Part shown: positions 1 through 12,165 of the stretch, piece by piece
How positions within the stretch are numbered: position 1 is the stretch's first letter
How the letters are laid out: each line of letters opens with the position of its first letter
From: Macrostomum lignano
Lineage: Eukaryota
Assembly: GCA_002269645.1 (NCBI GenBank)
Contig: NIVC01001485.1
Span: 62,001 to 126,000 of the forward strand
DNA: 64,000 nt
Direction: 5' to 3'
Notes under the pieces: model-generated
Told to the model about the DNA's origin: nothing
The model's database searches: none
What the model saw: only the letters and a program-made list of their open reading frames with translations
Program-made: the position numbers and the translations under genes

Positions 1-501
1 ATACCTAATTTTTGGGGTATGTAGCGGATATGAGTATAGAGGCTATCGATGTACATATAGACTCCGACCCGTATTATTCAAATCTGTCTCTGAGAATGTA
101 CATTGGAAATATACATTACGATGTGAGCTATACAATTAGTTGACTCATTTGGATGAGGTTGTACATGTAGTAGGGTTTCGAGTTGTAATCTTGGTGGGCG
201 CGGGCCGTCTGGGGATGACACTGTACATGTGGATTAATGCACATGTACATATAGAATTGGGGATAGACAATTTGGGATAGGGATTAATGTACATGGAATT
301 AATGTACAATTTGAGATAGATAGGGATTAATGTACATGGAATTAATATGAGCATATGGATTATTACAACTACATATTGAATCACGCTTAGGATAGCGTTT
401 TTGTATACTACTTACTTCATTTTCGGATAGTAGTATAATTTGCGTTTTTTGCGTCAAAACATCTGAAAATCGACAACAATCTGCGTCCTACGTAGTAACG
501 T

Positions 502-3500
502 TCACTTGTACGTCAACCTGTCCGGGCATTTTCGGTTCCTCTGCGAACGCCGCGCCTGAGGAGTTGGAGGAAGCGGCGGCTGCGTGGGCGGCGGCGGCGC
601 GGTCGGTGGCTGTGTGGGCGGAACTTCTGCCTCAGCCGATTCGTAGCGCAGGTCGTCATTCATTGGCAGTTCCGTGCTTCCTGAGGTCCGCGGTTCGACG
701 CCTGCAGAGGCTACATGGTCGGCGTGGCGGCGTACAATGCGATCATCAGGCAGCCGGCACTCGTAGGACAAAGGTGCTGTTTGTCGGCTGAGGTAGCGGC
801 TGATGCTGGCTGGCAGCCACTTCTGCTGACCCGTGAAATCCCGCACTACAACGTCGTCGCCTTCCCCGAAGGACCTCGCTCTGGCGCGCCTGTCGTGTTG
901 TAGCTTCTGTGCCTCCTGTCGTCGCGTGACCGCAGCCGAGACGTCCGGACGTACCAGATCCAGCAGTGTTCGCAGAGGCCGGCCCATCATCAGCTGGCTC
1001 GGCGGAACGCCAGTCGTGCTGTGCGGAGTCACCCGGTAGGTCAGCAGGAACCGAGCGAGCCGAGTCTGCAGAGCCGCCGGCCGTCCCTTCACCAGAGCCG
1101 CCTTCACCGTTTGTACCGCGCGTTCCGCCAGGCCGTTGGACGCCGGATGATAGGGCGACACCTTGACATGCCGGATGCCATTGCTGCTCATGAAGCTCTC
1201 CATCTCTTGACTCACGAAGTTGGGCCCGTTGTCCGTCACCACGACCTCCGGCAGGCCCAGCTGGCTGAAAGTCCGCCGGAGCCGAAGCGGCTTGTGGTCA
1301 CTCTTCAGCTGGAAGTTCCGGCCGTACAGATAGGTGTTGAATCGCTTGACGCCGAAAATAACTGCCAAGGCCTCCTTCTCCGTCTGGGAGTAGTTCTTCT
1401 CCGCATCGGCCAGAGTGCGGGACGCAAACGCGATGGGCCGCTCCACGCCATCTATTAGGTGGCAGATGACCGCGCCGAGACCGTAGGGCGAGCTGTCGCA
1501 CTCCAGGATGACCTCTTTACCGGGGTCGAAATGCACTAGCGTCTGAGAGCTCAGCAGGAGCTCCTTGCAGCGGTGAAACGCACTCTCTTGCGGGCTGTTC
1601 CATTGCCAGGCAACGCCCTTGTCCAATAGGCGGTGCAGCGGAGCGAGCACGCTGGACAGGTTCGGCAGGAATCGTCCATAATAATTTATGAGCCCCAGGA
1701 AGCTGCGGAGCTGGGTGACGTCCTGGGGAGCTGGCGCCTCGACGATCGCGCTGACCTTGCTTTCCAGCGGGTGGAGACCGCCGGCGTCGATTCGGTGGCC
1801 CAGGTAACTCACGGACTCCTGCATGAACCGGCACTTGTCAGCTCGGCACTTCAGCCCAGCATCTTGTAGGCGCTGCAAAACAGCTTCTAGGTTCTCCAGG
1901 TGCTTCTCGTCATCAGTTCCTGTCACCAGCAGATCGTCGATAAAAGCCGCCGTGTGCGGTCTTCCTTGAAGCAAGCCGTCCATTGTCCTCTGAAACATGC
2001 CGACTGCCGGTGAGATGCCGAACGGCAACCTGGTGTACCTGAGCAACCCTTTGGAGGTGTTGATGGTGCACAGACGCTGTGATTCTGAGTCCAGGGGCAG
2101 CTGCTGATACGCCTGACTGAGGTCTAGCTTGGTGAATTTCTGGCCTCCCGTTAGCTTTGCGAACAATTCTTCAATTCTGGGCAGCGGGTAGGAGTCCTGC
2201 ACAACGTCTTGGTTCACCGTGCGCTTGAAATCCGCGCAGATTCTGACGGAACCATCCGCCTTGAGCACCGGCACGATAGGAGACGCGTACTCGGAGTTAG
2301 AGACAGGCTGCAGAACGCCTTGCTCGATCTCCCGGTCAAGCTGCTCCTCCACCTTGGACTTCAAAGCGAACGGCACCGTCCGAGCTTTGAAAAATTTGGG
2401 CTGTGCACCTGGTTTCGTCCGCAATTTCAGTGGTTCGCCTGTGTAGCAACCGAGTCCGTCCGAAAATACTGCGCTGTACTTTTGCACCAGCTGCTCCACC
2501 TGCTGATTGCCCTGAGCCGGCAATTCTCGCTCTCGCAGCTCCTTGATGCTTCTCCAGTCCATGGTTAGCTCCGACAGCCAGTTCCGCCCGATCAAGCTGG
2601 AGCCGCTTCCTGAGACCACCACCAGCGGTAGCAGTTTCTGTTTATTTCCTGGAATCTCCACAGTGACGCTCAACTGTCCCAACACGTTGACAGGTTAGCC
2701 GCCGTAGTTCCGCAGCCGAATCGTGGTCCCACCGAGCTTAGGGATACCTCCGAGAAGATCCTGGTAGACTTTGGCTGAGATCAGCGACACCGCGGCGCCA
2801 GTGTCGATCTCCATCTGGCAGGACACGCCGTTGATCAGTACCGTGGTCAAGTAGGGTGGCACCTTGGCTGCAACGCTGGGCACGGTGTTAAGGGAGCTGC
2901 AGTCCTCGTCTTCTGCTTCTTGCACGGCGCCCACGCGGGGCTTGGAGTCCGCACCCGATACTCCGGCGCCTCTACGGCAAGCAGCTGCGGTGTGCCCGAG
3001 CTTGCCGCACTTGAAGCATGCCTTCTTGATGAACGGGCACTTGTCCGCCAGATGTCGAGTCGACAAGCACCGGAAACACTTCTGTGGAGCTCGACCGAAT
3101 CCGGTCGCCTTGGCCTGGTCGACTCGATCGACTGAAGCAGCCGCCGCAGGGCCAGCCGCCTCCTGTGAGCTCCTGACGACCGTGCAGCCTTTAGCCGCCA
3201 GCTCCACCGCTTGAGTGATCTTCAGCGCCTTCTCTAGATCCAGCTCTGGCTCCGACAGCAGTCTGCGCTGGATCCGATCGTCCTGGATGCCGAGCACCAG
3301 CCGATCCCGGAGCATCGACTCCAAGCTGTTTCCGAACTTGCAATCCACGGCCAGACGCCGCAAACTGGCCAGGAAATCCGCCACTGACTCGGTGCTGGCC
3401 CGCACGCGCTGATAGAAATGAAAACGCTGCACAATTTCAGAAGGCTCCGGCTTCCAGTGCTCCTTTAGTTTTTGGCAAATGTCTGCGTAGCTAGTCTCCG

Positions 3501-3699
3501 ATGGCTTCCTCGGGGCCAGCAGGCTGCAAATCAGCTTGAATGTCTCCTTGCCACAGACACTGAGGAAGACAGCTCGCTTTTTGTCTTCGGACTCTATGTC
3601 GCTTGCAATGAAAGCTTGCTCCACTCTTTCCTTGTACTGCAGCCAGTCCTCATTTTCAGGCTCAAATGGACCGATGCTACACAGTAGGCCCGTGGCCAT
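502..3699 (-). pseudogene. gag-pol polyprotein with in-frame TAA inside the protease (2697-2695) and an in-frame deletion spanning RNase H end to integrase core (~1285)
   Basis: The two ORFs are in the same frame, 9 nt apart (LRNYGG*PVNVLGQ). DHKPL is fused directly to RLRRTFSQLGLP, so the integrase HHCC finger and first catalytic Asp are missing. Confidence 0.85.
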
Positions 3700-3717
3700 T
3701 AGTCACCTCGTCGCCAC

Positions 3718-3947
3718 TGTAGCAAAGTCTGTGTGGCTTGCAGAGAGGAATCTTAGAGCCGGCCAAGCCTAGCTCTCTCAATAAATACCAGTTTATTTTC
3801 CAGCCTGACTAGGCTGACCAATCAGCCGCTACCTCTGTCGTGTTCGCGCTCCAGAGTACGCACATGCGCGAGTACAATCCGAGAGAGAGAGAGAGAGACA
3901 GCCCCCCATCCCCCACTCTGCACAGAAAGCTAAACGCAGTCATCACA
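3718..3947 (-). repeat. 5' LTR (~230 bp) of the Gypsy element, with adjacent PBS at 3716-3707
   Basis: Minus strand reads TGTGATG...GCTACA, followed after 1 nt by TGGCGACGAG (PBS-like), then the gag ATG. No second copy is present in the window. Confidence 0.8.
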
Positions 3948-3949
3948 AT

Positions 3950-5050
3950 ATCGACTTACTGAATGCATCAAGTGGTTTCTACACAAAAATACCCCAATAG
4001 TTGTGCTCGTACATGTACATGATTGACTGCTTGAAGTAATGAAATTGCATATTTAAATATGTGTCTAAGTCACACTGATGGAACTCTAAGCAGCTATGAA
4101 TTAGTGCCCACGAAAAGTCAGTGACCCAAATAATAGGAATATAAGGTTGTCGAAGCGATGACAATATGTTTAATATGCTGTGTCTTAGCAGGCGAAGGAA
4201 GGTTGATATAGAGGCAACGCTGTGGTCATTCGTAATGCAGTCGGCCACAGAATTCGATTTAATCAGACTTGATGCAGTGGTTACAACTGAGTACAAATAT
4301 AATTTACCAGGAGCCGTGCACGACTTTATTATTGAGCCTGTCAAGTCGATGTGTAGAACTAAAGGGCTGTTCTGCCGTAGCGCCGCTAAAAGATAGTCAA
4401 TTTGCTGGCCGGAATACATTGCCATACGAAGGGGATCAAGGGCAGCGTTCTCTTATTCCTGGTAAGCGTGAGTGCGGATACTGCTCTAGAAGGCCATTTT
4501 TTGCACGATGGAATTCTTTATCCATATTACTATGTAGTCTGTCATCATTTCTTGATCTGGTAATGACTCGTCTTAGAACGTTTTTTGACTTACAGGAGTC
4601 GAAATTCTTAGATAGCACATGAGTCATATGTGCCTCATCAAGCATTAGTTTTCGGTGAGCACTGCATGCTTACTCCATGACGAGAGACTATAGATCTGAA
4701 GCGATTCTCTTCTACCGCTGTTATTATTCGTCTAAATGAAGGCGACGCAGCATTTTTGTGACAAAATTATAGTCCCTCTCCTTTCACATCCCATTTCCAT
4801 AGGTGACTACTCTGAGGTGGACTTTTCATGACGAAGCTATAGGTTCTACCACAACCCTCGATTTTACAGGATGCCTTAACAGTCCAGAAATTACTATTAC
4901 ATTTTCTTGACAATGGTGACGTTATGTGGTTGTAGCCCCTCATTCGAAGGCAGCAGGATGACAGCTTGCGCAGGGATAAACATAATGCCTCATTAAGATC
5001 GCAGCCTTACTGAACAAAAACTGCAGGGATCCATTTCTACTTTCTCTCAG
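3950..5050 (-). mobile_element. Decayed MULE/NOF-FB-like transposase fragment
   Basis: ORF 4425-3979 has LHIDLTGSII...LYSVV...VADCITNDHS...VTDFSWALI, resembling the MULE DDE core of NOF-like proteins. Upstream broken frames give CCLRMRGY...SRK...FW...C...C..Y.F and DDRLH. Family assignment is from recalled motif similarity. Confidence 0.6.
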
Positions 5051-5229
5051 TTGTACTTTCTCTATTTCAGACTGCTCCAAGGTGAACATTCCGGTGACAA
5101 TATTATTCGATGCATTTGTGGAGTCGATTTCAGATTTCGATTATCAGACTGCTCCAAGGTGAACATTCCGGTGACAATATTATTCGATGCATTTGTGGAG
5201 TCGAACAAGAGTCCTTAATTCGGTGAAGA

Positions 5230-5940
5230 CTATGGATGACTACTTTTTTGTTGCGACTGCTCACACCCATCATCACTGATTGTCTCAAGTACATGTACTT
5301 CGTTCGGTGCACAAGGCGTCTGATAATCGTCTGATAATGATTCCGTTCGTTTCACAACCTGATATTCTTCTGATTTGTACAGTCGGATCGCGTCCATCCA
5401 TTTGGCCGATATAACTGTCTGCACCTGGCGGTTGAATAGTTAATTAAGGTTCCATTGGATTCAGTTTGCCAATTGTTGCAAGTCTCGAATCAAAACTGGC
5501 GTATGCATAATGAATGCGCGAACGGAGAAGTTTGGGGCAATAAAAACTGTCTGTCTTTCCGTCTGTATCAAGCACGAAGAGGGAAAGCCAGAGAAGACAG
5601 AAGGCGGATCTTTCGGTCTTTCATGTCGACCATTCTTCAACATGGGGTGTCACTTGGCCAGTGCTTTTGGCATATTTCCATGTGTTCAGTCCCTTTCTAG
5701 AATGGTAAACTTTGTCGCAGTGGTTATTTTCAACAAAGTTTGTAATAAATTCATCCACGCATACCAGCTAGCGTATGGTCGCTTAGAATTAACATCCTTC
5801 TTACCTAAAAAATATTTGGTAGGGTTTGTCTCCAACGCTCCCGTTCTCGTGCATCTCAAGGAAGAGCAAAAATCGTTGTTCGGCTTTCTTCTGAGTTATA
5901 GTTTGATCTGCAGTTAAAGACGCTGCACTTTCTCGACATT
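5230..5940 (-). pseudogene. THAP-domain / P-element-like transposase relic
   Basis: Manual minus-strand translation from ATG ~5940: MSRKCSVFNCRSNY...IFALP*DARERERWRQTLP, then a GTAAG..TTCTAG intron, then MEICQKHWP(fs)MLKNGRHERPKDPPSVFSGFPSSC (C2CH THAP signature). ORF 5424-5230 KWMDAIRLYKSEEYQVVKRT resembles the P-transposase insertion domain. Stops and a frameshift are present. Confidence 0.7.
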
Positions 5941-6791
5941 TTTCACAGTCGCACAAGAGTTGGGGGCTTTTTATTTGCCCTCACACCTCTTTAGACTGAA
6001 GAGTTGCAGTTGGAACGGCCATAGAACACTGCTTTCAAACGAGCCCACAACTTTTTTCACCATGATTTGGCTTGTTTCGCGTCCCAGTAGTTTTAGTTGT
6101 CCCTGTACTAGGCCTACGCATAAAAAGAATGTTAATCAGTTAGTCTATTCTTCCCCTAACCAACATAAATTTAAATTTACATTTTAATTAGGACATCGTA
6201 CTGTACATGAAAACGACAATATGTAAAGACGAAAAGTGCCACATTTTTTCGTTTTGTCTTATTACTACGGGCTACGCGCCTCGAGATATGCAGTTTATTT
6301 CGTATAAAGTAAACACTTTAAAAAGAATAAACAACAAGTAGCGAGTATTGTAAAGAGGCCTATAATAATTTGCTGTTTATAAACATAATTTTTTTCACTG
6401 TTTTAATCTATTTCATTTTTTTATTAGTTTAAATCAAAAGACGATTGCTATTTGTTGTAATCCAAGAAAATTTTAAACACGGATTTTTCTTTACGAAGAT
6501 TGACATGATCTATTCGTATAGATCTATATATAAAGAATTCTTATATTAAAAAACTATATCGTAGTACTAATCCAGTGTCCTAATCGTAGGCCTACGTGTT
6601 AGTGAAACTGTATAGTGTGAGTTGGTGAATCTGTAATTGAATCGTACTGGACGATACATTTTTTAAGTTTCATAACTAATAAGTCATAATTCAGAAATTT
6701 TTTGTCAATTATGAGTAACAATGTTTTATAGGCCCTAGGTTTTTGTTTGGTCTAGGTAGTGTAGTAGGCCTAGTTACTCGGTAGAAAGTGG

Positions 6792-7174
6792 CCTGGGTTT
6801 TTTTTCGTCCGAAATCCAGTTGCCAAATGGCAACTGGAGCTCAAAATCCAGTTGCCAATGGCTATTTTTGGTTGCCCATTGGCAACTAGGCCTAGCCAAA
6901 TTCTTGAGGATAAATATTTCCAAGACACTAAATTTTGAGTAACATGTACAATGTACATATTATACTAACAATAAAAATAACAAACTAACAATTCCATCAT
7001 ATCATATCAATTCATATGGTGCTTTTTTACACTTACAAAAACAATTTTTGCAATTGGCAACTGGCACGGGAAAAATAAAATGAAGTTGCCAGATTGGCCT
7101 TTGATGCCTAAAATCCAGTTGCCAATGGCTTTTTTGGGTAGCCAGTGGCTACCGTATGGCCTAAAAAACCCAGG
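6792..7174. mobile_element. MITE-like element with CCTGGGTTTTTT / AAAAAACCCAGG ends
   Basis: Short inverted termini and repeated internal CAGTTGCCAA/TTGGCAACTG motifs at both ends. No clean TSD. Confidence 0.45.
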
Positions 7175-7191
7175 AAGTTGCTGGCCTAACC

Positions 7192-9092
7192 GGCATTCTT
7201 TCGGATGACGATCACCTGAAAAGTGACGATCACCAATGTAAAAGTTCTGGGTAATTGAAATTGAAAGTAAGAAAGCGAGTCAAACATATTGTCCAGAAAT
7301 TAAAAAACCCAACATTGGGGCTATCAGTCATGAATCGTGTATTTTGTAGTAACCGCCACGTGTATTAAATCAATTTCAGATGGAACGATCGTCTTCCGAA
7401 ACTACAGCTTGGAAATTCTAGAAAAAAATTAGTGTCTCAAAGTTTAACATCTAGTGAACGTAAGTCAGTTTCGGAAGATGATCATTTTAATATGAAGGTA
7501 GCCCTGAAATGATCGCGTTCCGAAAGTACAGAGTTTTTATTGTCTTAGGAGCAGTAATCATTTCATTCAACAGACAGAAGTTCAAAGTTGAGGCCAAAGA
7601 GGCGCTCATCCAAAACCCGTGGAGCACCATCCAAGGGGTAGACGTGCTTTAAGTCCTGGAAGAACTCATGGACAAACTGTTTCATTTCTTTGTTACGGTG
7701 GGAGCAGTACATTAGCTCGACTAGGTATGAAGCGAAGTGTAGTGCACTAGTTCCACGCATGTTCTTAAATTTGGTTTTTGCAGTATCCCAAAAGCCCTCA
7801 ATGCGATTCGTGTGTACGTCTTTCTTCTTGCCATTTCGTAATTCGTTCAATAGTTGTCTTAAAGTGCTCTTTGTGGCAGACAACCCAGTGACTATAACCC
7901 ATGTGTTCCAAGTCAAGGTAAGCAGACCAGCCGTCGCTGAATACAGTCGTTCCGGGGAGAATGAACTTCTCAATTAAAGGTAGAAGAGTTTCTTTTGACC
8001 TGTTTTCAACAGGCCAAATGACAGTACGGCCATTGTGTCTGTTTGTCATGCCAAAAATCCAAATTTGTTGGCCCAGTTTCGCACCTCGGTTATATTTCAT
8101 CTTTCGGCCAAAGAGGGACTCATCTATTTCAACGATGTGTCCAACACCGCCAAGAGAGATCGTATCTCGACGTGTCTTGAACCATTCACACATTACGTCT
8201 CGAATGAAATGGCCCCATTGCACGGCTGCCTCCGCTTCAATGCCGTACATGGCGCGCAGTGAACTCTGGGTTATAATATGGATGCACCCCCCCTCAGTTT
8301 TGGAAGGCGATCATTCTTAATGTAATTTGTACATTGTAATGATCGTCAACCGATAGTACATGGCTTACCTTTGCAGAGTGTTCAGAAGATAACCAATGCA
8401 GTACCCAATGAGTTTAGAATTCTCGAAAAAAGTTCCCCTTCTAATGTAGACTCTTTTTTCATGTGCTCCAAATGGCGAACCAGCTCCCTTCTTTCACCGG
8501 AACACGACACCGTCTGTCGAATTATGGGCCTTGACAATGTTCATTGACAATGCACAAATAGGGCAGGGCATTGTTTCCGGAAGCAGTCCTTCTCTTTGAA
8601 GAAGGCCAATCTAGTTTTCAGCTGTAATAAAGCGCCATGACATGGGACACACCAGTTCCTTGATATGCTCCAGTGGCTTCAAATCAACAAACAAGCCGGC
8701 ACATTCAATTTTCCGTTCTTTGGCAGGTTTTGAGCATGCCATAGTGAGTGCTACTGAAATATGAGAAAGAAAAGCTATAGTTTCGGATCACAATCATTTG
8801 TATTCAAAAGTATCATTGAAATGATCGCATTCCGAAACTGATTATATACACATCCATGACAGAAATAATGCTATTGATGTTGCTGGTTTTAAATTGGAAA
8901 GTTTCTCTGTTTTTCTGTAGTTTCGGATCGCGATCCTTTCTATTCAAAACTTATATTGAAATGATCGCCTTCCGAAACTAATTATATAGTTGCCGTTTTA
9001 CCATGATTTCTACAGCACAGTATACCATTTTCATAGGTGATCGTCAACCAAAACTTGTAAGAAACAGAATGATCGTCATCCAAAAGAATGCC
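7192..9092 (-). mobile_element. Merlin (IS1016/ISXO2-like) DNA transposon with complete ends and disrupted transposase
   Basis: TIRs GGCATTCTTT(C/T)GGATGACGATCA. Exact 8-bp TSD GCCTAACC at 7184-7191 and 9093-9100. Transposase motifs VEIDESLF, YNRG, WIFG, SDGWSAY, H..HF, VHTNRIEGFW (ORFs 8250-7798 and 7973-7563, frameshifted). N-terminal exon from ATG 8742 has in-frame stops. Confidence 0.92.
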
Positions 9093-9934
9093 GCCTAACC
9101 TAGGCCCTAGTCCTATGTTGCCTATGTCTATGATATAATATGTTGATCAATTTTTAATTAGTATAGTAGGCCTAGTTTGGCTATAATAGGAGTGGAACTC
9201 TGTTTAGAAAACTGATTACTTTGGTGACAATCAGTTTGATGATAGTCAAGTCAGTTAGTCACTTTGGTTATATCCATTGCAATGACAAGTTAGGTAGGCC
9301 TATTTGTCTTTGGGGCCAATTGTGTAAACCTATATATATAGAACATTTTTACATTGCCTAGCTATGGTATGGTGTAGGACCAAGACCGTCACATACCAAG
9401 ACTTGGTAGAGCTAGAGGGGAAATTTGGCTCAATGTATTATTAGATAGGCCCTAGTGCTAAAGAAGAAATGAATAGGTAATAGATTATAGAGCCAGCAGG
9501 ACAAGGCTGTTAGAAAAGAGCCTATGAAAGGAATAACAATGCTAAAGGATTAGTAGCTCTCTCTCAATACTAGTAGGGCCTAGGCCTAGCCAACAATGGC
9601 TGTAGCAGTCTTAATATATGGCAGTCTAAGTCATGTACCATGGCTGTCTATTATTTAGGCCCTTACAAGTTTGAATTGTTTTATAATAAAATTAAAAAAT
9701 CAATGATAGAGTTTTTATTAATAGTTATCATATCTTTCTTTTTCTTTAATTTTTAATTTATTAATATTAACTGAGATTTGATTTTAGGTCTTATTTTACA
9801 CATATTTCAATTTGTTAATTGAGTCCAGATCATGTTAAATGCATGTCGGAATGCTCTAAACCAATGTATGCCAGTGCCAATTAGATATACACCAGTGCTA
9901 AACAAAAGGATGCCAAACTAGGCCTAGGCCTAAT

Positions 9935-10181
9935 CCCTATTGCAGCCAAGGTCTGAACCGCGCCAGACGCCCCCCTTTCCCGCGCCAGACATCTACCCGT
10001 ACTGCGCCAGGGCCAGTCCCCAGGATCAGTGATTTGGTTCAATTAGTCAGTCAATGGCTCGCCGCGCGCCGCTGCCACACGCCACGCCACCACGCGCCGC
10101 GCCGCCGCCGCGCGCCGCGCCGCCGCCAGGCCAATCCATGCCAGACGCCGTCCACGAAAATGGCCATTGGCTGCAATAGGG
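9935..10181. mobile_element. 247-bp MITE with 14-bp TIR and 8-bp TSD
   Basis: CCCTATTGCAGCCA ... TGGCTGCAATAGGG, with TSD GGCCTAAT at 9927-9934 and 10182-10189. GC/CpG-rich interior made of CGCGCC(A/G) repeats. Confidence 0.85.
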
Positions 10182-11347
10182 GGCCTAATATTACAGAAAA
10201 AAAACATTTTTTATATTAAAAAATGCACTTCAAAAAATTAGGCCTAAGTCTTCAATGTTTTTTAAACTTTTGTAGCATGCAAATGTATAACATTTCTTTT
10301 TGGCACATTAAAATTTACTTGTCATTTTGCAATAAAAATAAATATGAATTTATGTCTTTATAATATTATGTCTTTTCACAAACTTTTCTCAACAAAACAT
10401 GCCCTACTATCATGCCAGGCTCTATTTATGCCAACTATTGCATACCAACATGCCCTTTTTAGTATATAATACCCAAATACACATCAATGCACATTATAAT
10501 TTTTAGGCCAAACCAAATGTATGCTATAATTTTTTTGGCATGATATATGCTTTTTGGAGTATAGATTGAGATTTGGTCCTAATATTATACTTAATGCATA
10601 ACTTACTTAACATGTACTTTATTTGCAATTGGCATTCAATTTGTGCAATGGATACAATAAAATCTTTGTATAGTCTACTTTGAGATGTGTATTTTACAAT
10701 GTTCTTGAGTATATATAGAAATTTGTATATGTTTTTAATTACTTTTAAAAAACAAATAAAAAGGTAATAATGATATAATAGATAGATTTTATACATTTTT
10801 GGCACCAAAGTAACCTGTCACCAAAATGGATATCACCAAAGTGATTATCACCACTGACTATCATCAAAGTGATTATAATTCTCTGTTTAGACTTTAGATC
10901 TTTTCTTCTATCTAAATTATACTTAGGTAAAAATACTCTATAGATAATAAATTCAAGTATAGTCCTAATAAAAATGAAGCAGTAAATTATAGGTTATTTT
11001 GTGCTAGTCATTCCAGTATACTTTCTAATTCTACATATTAGTTTGGGATTTGGAAGATCCTATAGATATAGTTTTGTAGAGCCTACTTATTTCTGGCATA
11101 AATTTGGTTTAGCAATTAGAAGTAGTATATATATAGCATAATATGTCTAGGTTTACCGCTTTATAAAATTGGCTAGGCCTGTTTATTAGCATTTTATACT
11201 GTCTAGTCTAGGCTTATCTACAAGATATGTATTAATTTTATTTATTAATATAAAAAGCCTTTAAATAATTGGTTATATATATATTGCCTTCTAATCTATG
11301 GTAACTGTATAGGTTTTGAATGGTTCTATTTTCCACTATGATATACA

Positions 11348-11687
11348 TGCCCAACACCTGTCCAACCTGTTTGAACTGGATAGGTAAAATGGCCACTGGC
11401 CAAGTTAATTAAAGACAAAATAAAATACACAAAAAAACAAAAAATGGAGGAAGGAAGAAAGAAAGAAAAAGAAGAGAAAAGGAAAAGAAAGGAGGGAGAA
11501 GAGAGAGAGGGGAAAGAAGAGAAAGAAAGCGGAAAAGAAGAAAAGAGAAAAAAAGGCAAGAAAAGTCATATAAAAAGTGACAATTAAGTTGCAATTGAGG
11601 GAACTAAGTCGCAATTGGGAGGAACTAAGTTGCAAATCTAGACAAAAGTAAGTTGCACCGGACAGGTGAAATTTTAAGGTTGGGCAT
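11348..11687. mobile_element. Possible degenerate MITE with a purine-rich interior
   Basis: Imperfect inverted ends TGCCCAAC..ACCTGTCC / GGACAGGT..GTTGGGCA, and internal AAGTTGCAA repeats. Confidence 0.4.
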
Positions 11688-12165
11688 ATATGTATTATAA
11701 TATAGCCATGATGGCTTTTAATGCTAGAAAATAGTCATATTGCAAATCAAAGTTATATTATACTTACAAATATATAGCTATGATAGGAAGTTATAGATAT
11801 GGAGGTTTTTTAGCCATGGATACAGATATGGATATGGTTATAATAGGAATATATATGGTTATGTAGGAACATTTCCTATATCTAGTTTCTATATCTAATA
11901 ATACCACTCAATTAAGATTTGAAAAACCATTAAAACTATTGATTTGATGAGGGTAGGGTTAGGGTAGTAGAAATATATTATGAATATTGCTAGTTTCAAA
12001 ATAAGAGGAACTTTTAACTCCCTAAAATCATCAAGGCTCAAGCATCAATATAGATCTTCAATACCATGTCTATGTTATAGTTTGGTGGTAAGGGCTAAGG
12101 TTAAGATAATTGTTTTATCACTTTTAAAAAGCTCCCAAGTCCTTAACATAGATTTGGGGACTTAA

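Larger units (their letters stand above)
502..3947 (-). mobile_element. Ty3/Gypsy LTR retrotransposon, defective and 3'-truncated (5' LTR, PBS, gag-pol)
   Basis: Gag ORF 3699-2695 has two CCHC knuckles (CFRCLSTRHLADKC, CFKCGKLGHTAAAC) and protease DTGA. Pol 2685-502 has RT (YPLPRIEELF, FIDD), RNase H (CDSSPYGLGA, NYSQTEKEALA) and partial integrase (TDNGPNF, SNGLAERAVQTVK, GPF-like C-terminus). Domain order PR-RT-RH-IN is Gypsy-type. Confidence 0.95.

Noticed and set aside
1-501. 3' LTR or polypurine tract of the first Gypsy element
   Set aside because: No copy of 3718-3947 and no PPT is present. The region only has short local duplications (GGGATTAATGTACATGGAATTAAT).
2686-2697. Programmed gag-pol stop-codon readthrough
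   Set aside because: The TAA lies inside the protease domain, after the DTG motif, where a Glu/Gln codon is expected. A nonsense mutation is simpler.
564-3772. Multiple + strand ORFs antisense to gag-pol, and similar antisense ORFs over DZIP1, MGAT5, RPL35A and P4HA exons
   Set aside because: These are shadow ORFs expected from GC-rich coding sequence, with no independent motifs.
5144-5300. PHD-finger-like IRCICG reading on the + strand
   Set aside because: The frame closes within a few codons, the remaining Cys/His ligands are not recoverable, and it lies in a local duplication within minus-strand TE relics.
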